A stretch of 64,000 nucleotides of DNA from Acidobacteriota bacterium (lineage in GTDB: Bacteria > Acidobacteriota > UBA890 > WLXD01): assembly GCA_965205505.1 (NCBI GenBank), contig CBDBHB010000009.1, positions 1,184,001 to 1,248,000 of the forward strand, in the 5' to 3' direction. The notes under the pieces are model-generated. The model was not told where the DNA came from. It worked only from the letters and a program-made list of their open reading frames with translations, and searched no databases. Positions 1-7,962 of this stretch are shown here, one piece after another. Numbering within the stretch: position 1 is the stretch's first letter; each line of letters opens with the position of its first letter. The translations under genes were made by a program, and so were the position numbers.

Positions 1-1296
1 CTGATCACCCTCGGTTGCGCCGCCGAGCCGGGAGTCGAGCTGACCATCCTTCACCTCAACGACCTGCACGCTCGACTCTTGCCGGACTCTGAGGGCAAGG
101 GAGGCTTCGCGCACCTGGCCGCCGTGCTCGAGCGTGAGCGCAGCGCCACGGCCGCGCACCTGACACTGCACGCCGGGGACATGGTGCAGGGGACGCCGGT
201 CTCGACGCTGTTCCAGGGTGTTCCGATCTTCACGATCGCCAATGGGCTCGGGATCGACGTTCACTGCCTCGGGAATCACGAATTCGACTACGGTTGGCAA
301 CAGATTTCCGAGTACGTCGAGCGTTCCGCCTTCGCCACCGTGTCGGCCAACGTGACCGACGCCGCCGGCAACACCCTCGTGCCGCCGTACGTCGTACGAC
401 GGGTCGGCGCGTTGCGAATCGCCGTGATCGGTGCCATGACCGAGCGGCTCAGCGGTCTTCTACGGTCGAGCAGCCTTGGCCCCTGGCGTGCGGCGCCGTT
501 GGTGACGACGCTCAAGCCCGTGGTGGAAACGGCGGCCGCAGCCGCCGACATGGTGATCGTCCTCGGCCACCTGAGCAGTGGCGAGGCCGAGACCATTCTC
601 GAGGCGCTGCCGCAAGTCGCCGTCGTCGTTCAGGGCCATCCGCATGCCGCCTGGGAGCAGGTGCTGGAAGTCGACGGGCGGATCGCGGTCAACGCTTCCG
701 GCTACGGCCGTGACCTCGGCCGGTTGCGGTTGCGCTACGACCCGGAGACGCGGCGAATCCTTGCCCATGAGTGGGACCTGCTGCCGGTCGTTGCCAGCGA
801 GGTGCCGCCCGACCCGGCGGTCGAACAACTGGTCGCAGACTGGGAGTCGCGTGCTGCCGATGTGGTCGATGTACCGATCGGCCGGGCTGCCCGGACTATC
901 CGGGACGCCGAGTTGATGACGCTCATAACGACCGCCCTGCGCGACGGTACCGGAGCGCAGCTGGCGCACGTAGGTCGCGGCGGTATCCGCGACATCCTGC
1001 CTGAGGGCGAGCTGCTCGCCCGGCACGTCTGGAACGTCATGCCGTTCGATAACACCGTCGTGACCACCGAGATCACCGGGCGGCAGCTGATCGAGCTATA
1101 CGACACGGTGCTACGAAACGAGCCGATCGATGGCTATGAGTCACTCGACCCCTATCAGACCTATCGCCTTGTCACGAACGACTTTATTGCCGAAACGTGG
1201 AGCGATCAGGGTATCGATCTGGAGTGGACCGACACCGGGGTGGAGCCGCGCAACATGGTCATCGCTTGGATCGCGGCTCGCGAGTCGGTGCCATAG
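1..1296 (+). CDS. Bifunctional metallophosphatase/5'-nucleotidase (5'-partial, probable lipoprotein)
   Basis: Frame open from base 1 (LITLGC...ILHLNDLH); motifs DLH, AGD, GNHEFD, GHPH and C-terminal MPFDN of the 5'-nucleotidase family. Confidence 0.9.
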   Translation: MITLGCAAEPGVELTILHLNDLHARLLPDSEGKGGFAHLAAVLERERSATAAHLTLHAGDMVQGTPVSTLFQGVPIFTIANGLGIDVHCLGNHEFDYGWQQISEYVERSAFATVSANVTDAAGNTLVPPYVVRRVGALRIAVIGAMTERLSGLLRSSSLGPWRAAPLVTTLKPVVETAAAAADMVIVLGHLSSGEAETILEALPQVAVVVQGHPHAAWEQVLEVDGRIAVNASGYGRDLGRLRLRYDPETRRILAHEWDLLPVVASEVPPDPAVEQLVADWESRAADVVDVPIGRAARTIRDAELMTLITTALRDGTGAQLAHVGRGGIRDILPEGELLARHVWNVMPFDNTVVTTEITGRQLIELYDTVLRNEPIDGYESLDPYQTYRLVTNDFIAETWSDQGIDLEWTDTGVEPRNMVIAWIAARESVP

Positions 1297-1388
1297 ATCG
1301 TTCGCGAGTAGTTGGCAGGATCGCCTGGACGATCGTGCTGGCGCGAATGTCGACCGGCTTGCGTGCGATCGCTTCCGTCGTGGCGCGA

Positions 1389-2588
1389 CTACAGCGAGCG
1401 CAGGAAATCCAGCAACGCTTGTCGACTAGCTTTGTCCAATCGCCGATATGCCTTACGGGCGGCGGCGGCTTCCCCCTCATGCCGTTGAATCGCCGCCCCG
1501 ACCGAGCCGGCAGAGCCGTCGTGCAGCAGAATGCGGCGGAAACGCAATCCCCACAGCGCCGGCGTGCGAATCTCGTTCGGTGCCGCGTCAGCTTGGCCGA
1601 TGCCGTCGCCCGTTCCGATATCGTGCAGTAGGAGATCGGAGAACAGTGGCACCGGCTGCCGGTCGAACAACCGATTGTCTGACGGGCCGGTGCGCAGCGT
1701 CGGCACGTGACAGCTGGAACAGCCGATCGAGCGGAATAGGTCTTCGCCCCTCTGTTCCTTGCCCCTGGTCGCGGCGCGTGATGGCGGAGCGAGAAATTGC
1801 ATGAACGAGACGAAATTGTCGACGCCGCTCAAGCCGGTGACCGGATCGGCGAAGTCCTCGGGATCCGGTATCGGATCGCAGAGAGTCATCTTCTCCGGCG
1901 AGATGCCGAAGGCAAGCTCTAGGGGGAAGATCTCGTTGGTGATGCCCATCTCGTTGCGGTATGCATCGCCGGCGAAGTCCCGCAGGGTGGCGAGCTGCGA
2001 CTTCCACCCGAATCGCCCCACCCGTAGCTCGCCGGTCACGATGTCTTCCACCACCGCTGCTCGTCCGCTGACGCCGTCGGAGTCGAGGTCGTCCGGATCA
2101 GCCCGGGCCGCTATCTCCGAGTCGGGGATCGCCTCCACTAGGCCGGCTCCGAACAGGGGAATCGGAATGCGCCGAGCCACGACTTTGACGTCGGCCGGGG
2201 GAACGGGCTGGCAGGCGTGGTCCGGTATGGAAAACACCTGAAACAGCGTGTCGCCCTCGGTGCCGTCTGGGAGCAGCGGTGGCCCGAAGACCCCGGCCGC
2301 GTTGCGCACGCCGAAGCGCACCTCGGTGGTGAGCCCACTGCCACCGACTGCCGGGATGCTGTGACACACGCCGCAGCTCGTGCCGTTGTAGGCGGGGCCG
2401 AGGCCGTCTTCGGAGGTTTCCACCTCGAGAAAGTCCTCGAGCCCGAGCCGGAAGCGCTCGAACTCGTGCGGCGTGATGCCGGCAATCGGTTGGCCCACGG
2501 GCACGGGCGCTGCCTGGCCGCCGGCTCGCCAGGCGCTCGCCGTCAGCAAGACGATCGCCGTCGCCCCCACAACGAGTGCCTTCTTCAT
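1389..2588 (-). CDS. Exported di-heme oxidoreductase family protein
   Basis: Signal peptide, two CxxCH motifs (CGVCH, CSSCH), GRFGWK, RTPALWG and LLHDG motifs. Confidence 0.85.
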   Translation of the reverse strand: MKKALVVGATAIVLLTASAWRAGGQAAPVPVGQPIAGITPHEFERFRLGLEDFLEVETSEDGLGPAYNGTSCGVCHSIPAVGGSGLTTEVRFGVRNAAGVFGPPLLPDGTEGDTLFQVFSIPDHACQPVPPADVKVVARRIPIPLFGAGLVEAIPDSEIAARADPDDLDSDGVSGRAAVVEDIVTGELRVGRFGWKSQLATLRDFAGDAYRNEMGITNEIFPLELAFGISPEKMTLCDPIPDPEDFADPVTGLSGVDNFVSFMQFLAPPSRAATRGKEQRGEDLFRSIGCSSCHVPTLRTGPSDNRLFDRQPVPLFSDLLLHDIGTGDGIGQADAAPNEIRTPALWGLRFRRILLHDGSAGSVGAAIQRHEGEAAAARKAYRRLDKASRQALLDFLRSL

Positions 2589-3022
2589 TGGGAGCCCCCT
2601 TCCGCCGCCGGCTCAGAGGGAGCCGAGGGAGCCGCCCTCACCCGGATGACGCCGCTCATGTAGCTGTGACCGGCGCCGCAAAGGCGTGAGCACTCGAACC
2701 GGTAGTCGCCTGGCTCGGTGGGTGCGAACAAAGCGCTTGCGGCGCCGCGATTGCGCTTCGGAATCGTGATGTCGATGTTGCCCGGGCCGACGATGCGGAA
2801 CCCGTGATCGGTGTCCTCGCTGGTGAGCCGAAACTCCACTGTGGTGCCGGCCTCGATGGTGATCTCGGAAGGTGTGAACAGGAACCGCTCGGCGACGATC
2901 TCGATCACACGGTTGGCCTCGGGTCGATCGACCGTGTCCTCGACCGGAGCCGGCTGCACCGTGGCGCACGCCAAGGCGCCACATAGAACCAGGCAACAAC
3001 CAGTGGCTGCGGGCATCTTCAT
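2585..3022 (-). CDS. CuA-type cupredoxin (COX subunit II-like domain), probable lipoprotein
   Basis: DHGF...CSRLCGAGHSYM (H...CxxxCxxxHxxM); ALAC lipobox; start overlaps the upstream stop. Confidence 0.8.
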   Translation of the reverse strand: MKMPAATGCCLVLCGALACATVQPAPVEDTVDRPEANRVIEIVAERFLFTPSEITIEAGTTVEFRLTSEDTDHGFRIVGPGNIDITIPKRNRGAASALFAPTEPGDYRFECSRLCGAGHSYMSGVIRVRAAPSAPSEPAAEGGSQ

Positions 3023-4158
3023 TAGAACCACCATCCGATTCCCAGGTTGAGCGAGCGCGGTCCGGCAATGACGTCGCTTTTCGAGCGCACGTGCGAGTAG
3101 TCGACCTTCAACACCACATCGGGATCCAGCCAGTAGTTGGCGCCGATCACCCAAGCATCGCGGTCAAACCCCGGTAGCGGCACGTCGCCCTCGTCCATAC
3201 GAAATTGGGTATCGAAGTCTTCGTAGCGTACGAACAGCCCGAGCTCGTGCGGAAAGCTGCGAGGCAACACGCTGTACGCCCCCTCGACATAGAACCCGCG
3301 GATCTGACTTCCCACGTTCGGATCGACCCCCGTCAAGCGAAACACCGCATCGTTCAATTCGGCGGCTCCCCCGATGAAGCCGTGGCCGTACTGGGCGCGA
3401 CCTTCGAAGCGTCCACGCCGATAGCGGGCGTCGGCCGCGATCATCTTGGTGGGCGTTTCGAGGCGCATCAGGGTCACGCTGCTGTCGCCCCGCCAGAAGC
3501 TCGTGCCGAGTGTAAGACCACGGATGCCCATGTACTCGAGGCGCCCGGTTACCGCCATCTGACGTACCTGCGCGTTACTGCCGTTTTGTGCCGCCCCGCG
3601 AAATCCTTCCTCGCCGCTGAACTCCACCGAATCGAGTGGCGCCATCACGTACATGCGGTAGCGCAGCTTGCCGCCGAGTGTGCCGTGGATGCCGCCACCG
3701 ACGTCGAACCAGGTGGTCGGAATGATGAACGTGTCGACGAAGGGCCGCTCGACGCCGTAGAACGTCGGCGGCTCGTGCCGCTCGTTGATGATGCCCATGG
3801 GTGCGAGCATCATTCCGGCGCGAAAGTTCAGCTCGGGCGTCACCAGGATGTCGACGTACGCCTGCTCCAACTCGAGCTCGCCCTTCTCTTCCAACCCTTC
3901 AACGATGCTGTGCTCGATCTCCACCTCACCGAAGAACTGGATGCGGTCGCTGAAGCGGTGCGACAGCAACAATACGAAGCGGTGAAAATCCAGAATTGGT
4001 GCGGCGATCGGGTCGCCAATCGGCCTGTTGTAGTGCATCTCCATGTAGCCGGAGATGGGCCCGGTCTCGGAAGTGGTCTGGCTCGATCCACCCTGGGCGG
4101 TCGCCGTGCCAGCCCACAGGAGGGGTGCCAGAAGAAAGCCGATCCGCAGGAGGCTCAT
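3022..4158 (-). CDS. Outer-membrane beta-barrel porin-like protein
   Basis: Signal peptide, DFHRFVL..EVEIEH..ELEQAY..HEP motifs, amphipathic strands, terminal GWWF. Confidence 0.8.
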   Translation of the reverse strand: MSLLRIGFLLAPLLWAGTATAQGGSSQTTSETGPISGYMEMHYNRPIGDPIAAPILDFHRFVLLLSHRFSDRIQFFGEVEIEHSIVEGLEEKGELELEQAYVDILVTPELNFRAGMMLAPMGIINERHEPPTFYGVERPFVDTFIIPTTWFDVGGGIHGTLGGKLRYRMYVMAPLDSVEFSGEEGFRGAAQNGSNAQVRQMAVTGRLEYMGIRGLTLGTSFWRGDSSVTLMRLETPTKMIAADARYRRGRFEGRAQYGHGFIGGAAELNDAVFRLTGVDPNVGSQIRGFYVEGAYSVLPRSFPHELGLFVRYEDFDTQFRMDEGDVPLPGFDRDAWVIGANYWLDPDVVLKVDYSHVRSKSDVIAGPRSLNLGIGWWF

Positions 4159-4284
4159 GAGAGCCTCTCACCAGAGTTCGAGCCTTCCAGATACTCGATA
4201 TTTTCCAGATTCCTGGCGTCGGTTTTCATCGTGTAGGTCCCACCCCGTCGGATCGGTTCGTGTGAATTCGGTTGCCTAATGCAG

Positions 4285-4324
4285 AAGTTAGCCTAGACTA
4301 AACTAAAGTTAGCCTAGACTAAAC
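4285..4324. promoter_or_regulatory. Tandem DtxR/MntR-type operators (2x AAGTTAGCCTAGACTAAAC)
   Basis: Perfect 19-bp direct repeat with 21-bp period, each containing TTAG-N6-CTAA; AT-rich; upstream of the porin operon. Confidence 0.65.
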
Positions 4325-4391
4325 CACAAGCTGCTCGTGGCTGTGAGCCCGCGACGGCCTCGACAATCCGTTCCCGGCGGGCCAGATTGTC

Positions 4392-4411
4392 GACTCCAGT
4401 CGACTGGAGTC
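4392..4411. promoter_or_regulatory. Perfect 20-bp palindrome GACTCCAGTCGACTGGAGTC, candidate operator
   Basis: Seen directly in a divergent intergenic region. Confidence 0.4.
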
Positions 4412-4481
4412 TGCTGACTTGAGCCTTGGTTTGGGAGACGTCTGGACACGGTAGGTCGATGGGCACGGTAGGGAACATGCC

Positions 4482-6203
4482 ATGAAGAAGCTGTGCGGGA
4501 TTTGTTGGGTGATCTTGGCTGTTGTGGGCTGCGCGCCGGACCAGCCCGGCGCGTCTTCGGTTGACCGTGTCTTCGTCGACGGCAGGGTTTGGACCGGCGA
4601 CGAGGAGCGACCGATCGCGCAGGCGTTGGCGGTCGCCGGGGACACGATCGTCGCGGTGGGCACAACGTCGGAGATCCGCGCTCTCGTTTCGTCTGATACG
4701 GAGGTTGTCGACCTCGCCGGGCGCCTTGTCGTGCCGGGATTTCAGGACTCTCACATGCACCCCCTGTTTCGAGCGGTTGATGGGCTCGTGCTCGACGGTG
4801 CGGAGACGTTGGCCGAGATCCAACGTCGGGTGTCGGAGTACGCCGGCAGCCACCCGGACGCGCCGTGGATCACCGGCATGGGCTGGGCCTATGCAGCCTT
4901 CCCGGACAACACTGTCGACAGGAAGTACATCGATGAGATCATGCTCGACCGGCCGGTGTATCTGACCTCACGCGATGGTCACATGGGGTTCGGTAACTCC
5001 AGGGCGCTGGCCGATGCCGGGATCACTGCCAATACTCCCGATCCTCCGAACGGACGCATTATCAGGGACGCGAGCGGAGAGCCCACCGGCGAGCTGCAGG
5101 AAGCGGCGCAAGGCCTGGTGAGATCTCAGATCCCGCCCCCGACGGCCGAGCAGCTGTACGACGACCTGATCGCCAACATGGCCGCGGCGGCGGCCGTGGG
5201 CCTGACTACCGTGCAGGACGCGGGCACGTCGTTGGATCAGGTTCCGCTGTATGAAAGGGCGGCCGCCGAAGGAGCGCTGAAGCTGCGTGTCCGACTCACG
5301 CCCCGTATCTCGTTCGATGGCGACGATGCGTCAGGCAACGTCGAGAGCGCCGAGGATTCGACCCCGCCCGTTCCTGCTGAGTACAAGGCGCTGCGTGACC
5401 GCCTGGCCGGGCCTCTGGTCGAGCTCAGCTCCGTGAAGGGCATGCTGGATGGAACGATCGACGCGAAGACGGCGGCGATGTTCGAGCCATACGTGGGTGG
5501 CGGCGGCTCGGGGCTCCCGTTCTGGGACCAAGATGAGCTCAATAGCATCGTGGCGTCTTACGACCGAGACGGATTTCAGGTCGTGCTGCATGCGATCGGC
5601 GACAGAGCGATCAACACGGCGCTGAACGCGTTCGAGTATGCGCGGGACGTCAACGGGACGTCGGGTCGGCGGCATCGAGTCGAACACGCGGAACTGCCCA
5701 GGCTGTCCGATCTCGAGCGGTTCAGAGAGCTCGGCGTGGTGGCATCGACTCAGCCGATGTTTGCGCATCCGGATGCCACCGTGCTCGAGAACTTCGCGGT
5801 GTTGCTGGGGCCCGAGAGGGCGCAGCATGCAGATTCCTTCTCGTTGTACGACGACAGTGGTGTAGTGCAGGTGTTCGGTAGTGACTGGCCGGTGTTCACG
5901 TTCGACGTGCTAAAGGGGATCGAGGTAGCCGTGACGCGGACGACCGACAGCGGCACGCCGGCCGGAGGCTGGTATCCGGACGGTCGTATCTCGGTCGATG
6001 CTGCGTTGCGCCACTACACCGTCGATGCCGCATACGGAAGTCTTCAGGACGACGTCAGGGGCACGCTGGCGCCCGGCATGTGGGCCGATTTCGTCGTGCT
6101 CTCGCGAGACATCTTCGAGATTTCCCCTACGGAGATTTCTGAGACGAAAGTGGTGCTGACTGTGATGGGCGGCGACGATACGTATCGAAGCGAGGCTTTC
6201 TAG
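4482..6203 (+). CDS. Amidohydrolase 3 family (YtcJ-like) lipoprotein
   Basis: PGFQDSHMH, HAIGDRA, HRVEH, FGSDWP, ADFVVL; VGC lipobox. Confidence 0.9.
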   Translation: MKKLCGICWVILAVVGCAPDQPGASSVDRVFVDGRVWTGDEERPIAQALAVAGDTIVAVGTTSEIRALVSSDTEVVDLAGRLVVPGFQDSHMHPLFRAVDGLVLDGAETLAEIQRRVSEYAGSHPDAPWITGMGWAYAAFPDNTVDRKYIDEIMLDRPVYLTSRDGHMGFGNSRALADAGITANTPDPPNGRIIRDASGEPTGELQEAAQGLVRSQIPPPTAEQLYDDLIANMAAAAAVGLTTVQDAGTSLDQVPLYERAAAEGALKLRVRLTPRISFDGDDASGNVESAEDSTPPVPAEYKALRDRLAGPLVELSSVKGMLDGTIDAKTAAMFEPYVGGGGSGLPFWDQDELNSIVASYDRDGFQVVLHAIGDRAINTALNAFEYARDVNGTSGRRHRVEHAELPRLSDLERFRELGVVASTQPMFAHPDATVLENFAVLLGPERAQHADSFSLYDDSGVVQVFGSDWPVFTFDVLKGIEVAVTRTTDSGTPAGGWYPDGRISVDAALRHYTVDAAYGSLQDDVRGTLAPGMWADFVVLSRDIFEISPTEISETKVVLTVMGGDDTYRSEAF

Positions 6204-6475
6204 TGGCCTGTAACAGATGATCGTTGCATATCGCAGATGGGATTTGCGGGTGAGATCAAGGCGCGGTGAGGAAGGCGATGCATTGGGCATCGTCGACGAG
6301 GCGCAACGCCGATATCGCCCGCAACCGCCCATCTGTCCGGAGGATGGCGGCGAAATCGGCCCGTCTGCGGCGTTGCTCCTCCTCGACGATGGGCAAACAT
6401 CGTCTCGTCGTCGCGCCTGGCATCCGGACCCATTTCGCCACCACGATATGCAACGATCATCTGTTACAGGCCACT
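6200..6475. mobile_element. Miniature inverted-repeat element, end type A
   Basis: About 30-bp TIR GTGGCCTGTAACAGATGATCGTTGCATATC at both ends; left CTAG supplies the amidohydrolase stop; right CTAG is split by the IS1111 element. Confidence 0.85.
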
Positions 6476-6489
6476 TCTATGAGAAGGCC

Positions 6490-6735
6490 TAGTTCGGTCA
6501 AGGGCAATGTGGTGCCCAGCGAAGAATCGATCTGCACGCCATGCTCCTATTCGCACTCTGGTGGACGAGGATTCAGGTCGTCCGGTGCATTCTGGGGTCC
6601 GTCCCGATTCGAGGCGCTGCAATCTAGCTGCCGAGCTCGAAGCTCGTAGTGACCTTCGCAGTCGCCCGGACCGGGCGGTCAGATCGATAACCGTTGGGTC
6701 GCGTCGCCCTACCGACCTCCTGGTTGCGGGTTAGT
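6490..6735 (-). ncRNA. Putative seekRNA/bridge RNA of the IS1111 element (exact ends unknown)
   Basis: Noncoding region downstream of the transposase; stem with internal loops GGUCACUA and GCAGCUAG matching the insertion site; AUAGGAG resembles the element end ATAGAAG. Confidence 0.75.
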
Positions 6736-7782
6736 TCATGCTGCTGAAACCTCTACAGGTGCGCGCAACGGTTCGTACTCGTCTCCACTCAGCCACAGTC
6801 GGTGCAGCACAACGGCGAGCTTACGGGCGACAGCAACTGCTGCCTTTTTGTTGCCATGAGGACCACCGCGTCCGGCCAGCTTGAGCCCCCAGCGTCTGAG
6901 CTCAGTATCGGGCCCGAAGGGGCCCAGGATGTAATGCGCCGAGCCCACCAACAGGCGTCGGAGCATTTTGTCGCCCGCCTTGGTTATTCGTAGCGCAGGG
7001 TCCTTGTCCCCCGACTGCCGTTTCTTCGGTCTCAGTCCCAGGTACGGGCCCACGGCTCTGGAGGTATTGAACCGCTCCGGCTCCTCGAGCGTCAGCACAT
7101 ACGCCAGTGCGGTCAGAGCTCCGACCCCGGCCACTTGCTGGAGCTGCTGTGTCTCCGGGTATCGCCCCTGGCACAGCTGCACGATCTGACGCTCGTATTG
7201 CTGGATGTTGCCCGTCAGCATGGCGATCGTTTCAAGCACCGGCTCGAGCGCTCCCTTGAGCCGCTCCGGTATGTGCTCTGGCGCGGTGCGCGCGAACGCC
7301 GGCGTCGAGCACCTGGGAATACGACAACCGGCCGACTTGACCGCACCACGCACATGGCTCACCAACTGCGTGCGGCTCTTTACCAGAGCATCTCGGCTCC
7401 GAATCACGGCTAGATCCGCTCGCGCTTGTCTGCCTCGATGCTGCACCGTCTTAAGCAGCTTTGGGTCCATTCTGCCCACTCGTGCCAGGTGCTCGGCATC
7501 CAACCGGTCGGTCTTGTCGTGCTCGCCATAGATCAGCTTCAGCCGCCTCGGGTTAGCCACCAGCACCTCATGACCCAGTTGCTTCAACTGCTCACTCATC
7601 CACGGCGAGTGCGTTCCAACCTCCAGCACTACTCGAGCGGGCTCCTCGCACCCGAACCGCCTCGCCAGCCCCTCCGGGCTCGTCCTCACCCGCCCTTCCT
7701 CCATCACCCTGCCCTTACTGTCGAGCACGCACATACGGCTGTACCGGTCGCTTACGTCCAGTCCAATCGTTACACTCCTCAT
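6736..7782 (-). CDS. IS110 family transposase/recombinase
   Basis: IGLDVS, LEVG, KTDRLDA (DEDD RuvC-like domain), GVG, LGLRP..QSG and ARKL motifs. Confidence 0.95.
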   Translation of the reverse strand: MRSVTIGLDVSDRYSRMCVLDSKGRVMEEGRVRTSPEGLARRFGCEEPARVVLEVGTHSPWMSEQLKQLGHEVLVANPRRLKLIYGEHDKTDRLDAEHLARVGRMDPKLLKTVQHRGRQARADLAVIRSRDALVKSRTQLVSHVRGAVKSAGCRIPRCSTPAFARTAPEHIPERLKGALEPVLETIAMLTGNIQQYERQIVQLCQGRYPETQQLQQVAGVGALTALAYVLTLEEPERFNTSRAVGPYLGLRPKKRQSGDKDPALRITKAGDKMLRRLLVGSAHYILGPFGPDTELRRWGLKLAGRGGPHGNKKAAVAVARKLAVVLHRLWLSGDEYEPLRAPVEVSAA

Positions 7783-7879
7783 CGGCCAACCTCCTTGGGC
7801 TTCGAGCCCGTTACGTTTGAAGAAACGTTTGCAGAGCCGTCAGGCTACTGCGTTCAGGAGGTTGGCCTTCTCATCTCAT

Positions 7880-7924
7880 CTAGCAGGCCTTGGCGGAAGT
7901 GTGGCGGACCTGGTTGCCTGCTAG
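7880..7924. repeat. Collapsed type-B miniature element
   Basis: CTAGCAGGCCTTGGCGGAAGTGTGG...GCCTGCTAG, similar to the ends of 10504-10782. Confidence 0.7.
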
Positions 7925-7962
7925 GTCTGTCGAATTGTTTTGATCATCCTTTGGAGCCACCG

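Larger units (their letters stand above)
6476..7881 (-). mobile_element. IS110 family insertion sequence, IS1111 group
   Basis: Sub-terminal inverted repeats ATGAGAAGGCC (6479-6489) and GGCCTTCTCAT (7864-7874), CT core at 6474-6475 and 7880-7881, long noncoding region 3' of the transposase. Confidence 0.9.

Noticed and set aside
3205-4236. Long antisense ORFs (also 39922-40848, 46784-47749, 51113-52078)
   Set aside because: Shadow frames of well-supported genes in high-GC DNA
6200-6492. Short ORFs within the miniature elements (also at 10477, 19705, 41404, 45684, 59832)
   Set aside because: By-products of palindromic GC-rich repeats; frames are not conserved across element types
7426-7962. 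N-terminal extension of the 696-aa ORF
   Set aside because: Antisense to the IS110 transposase; the real start with lipoprotein signal is at 7963
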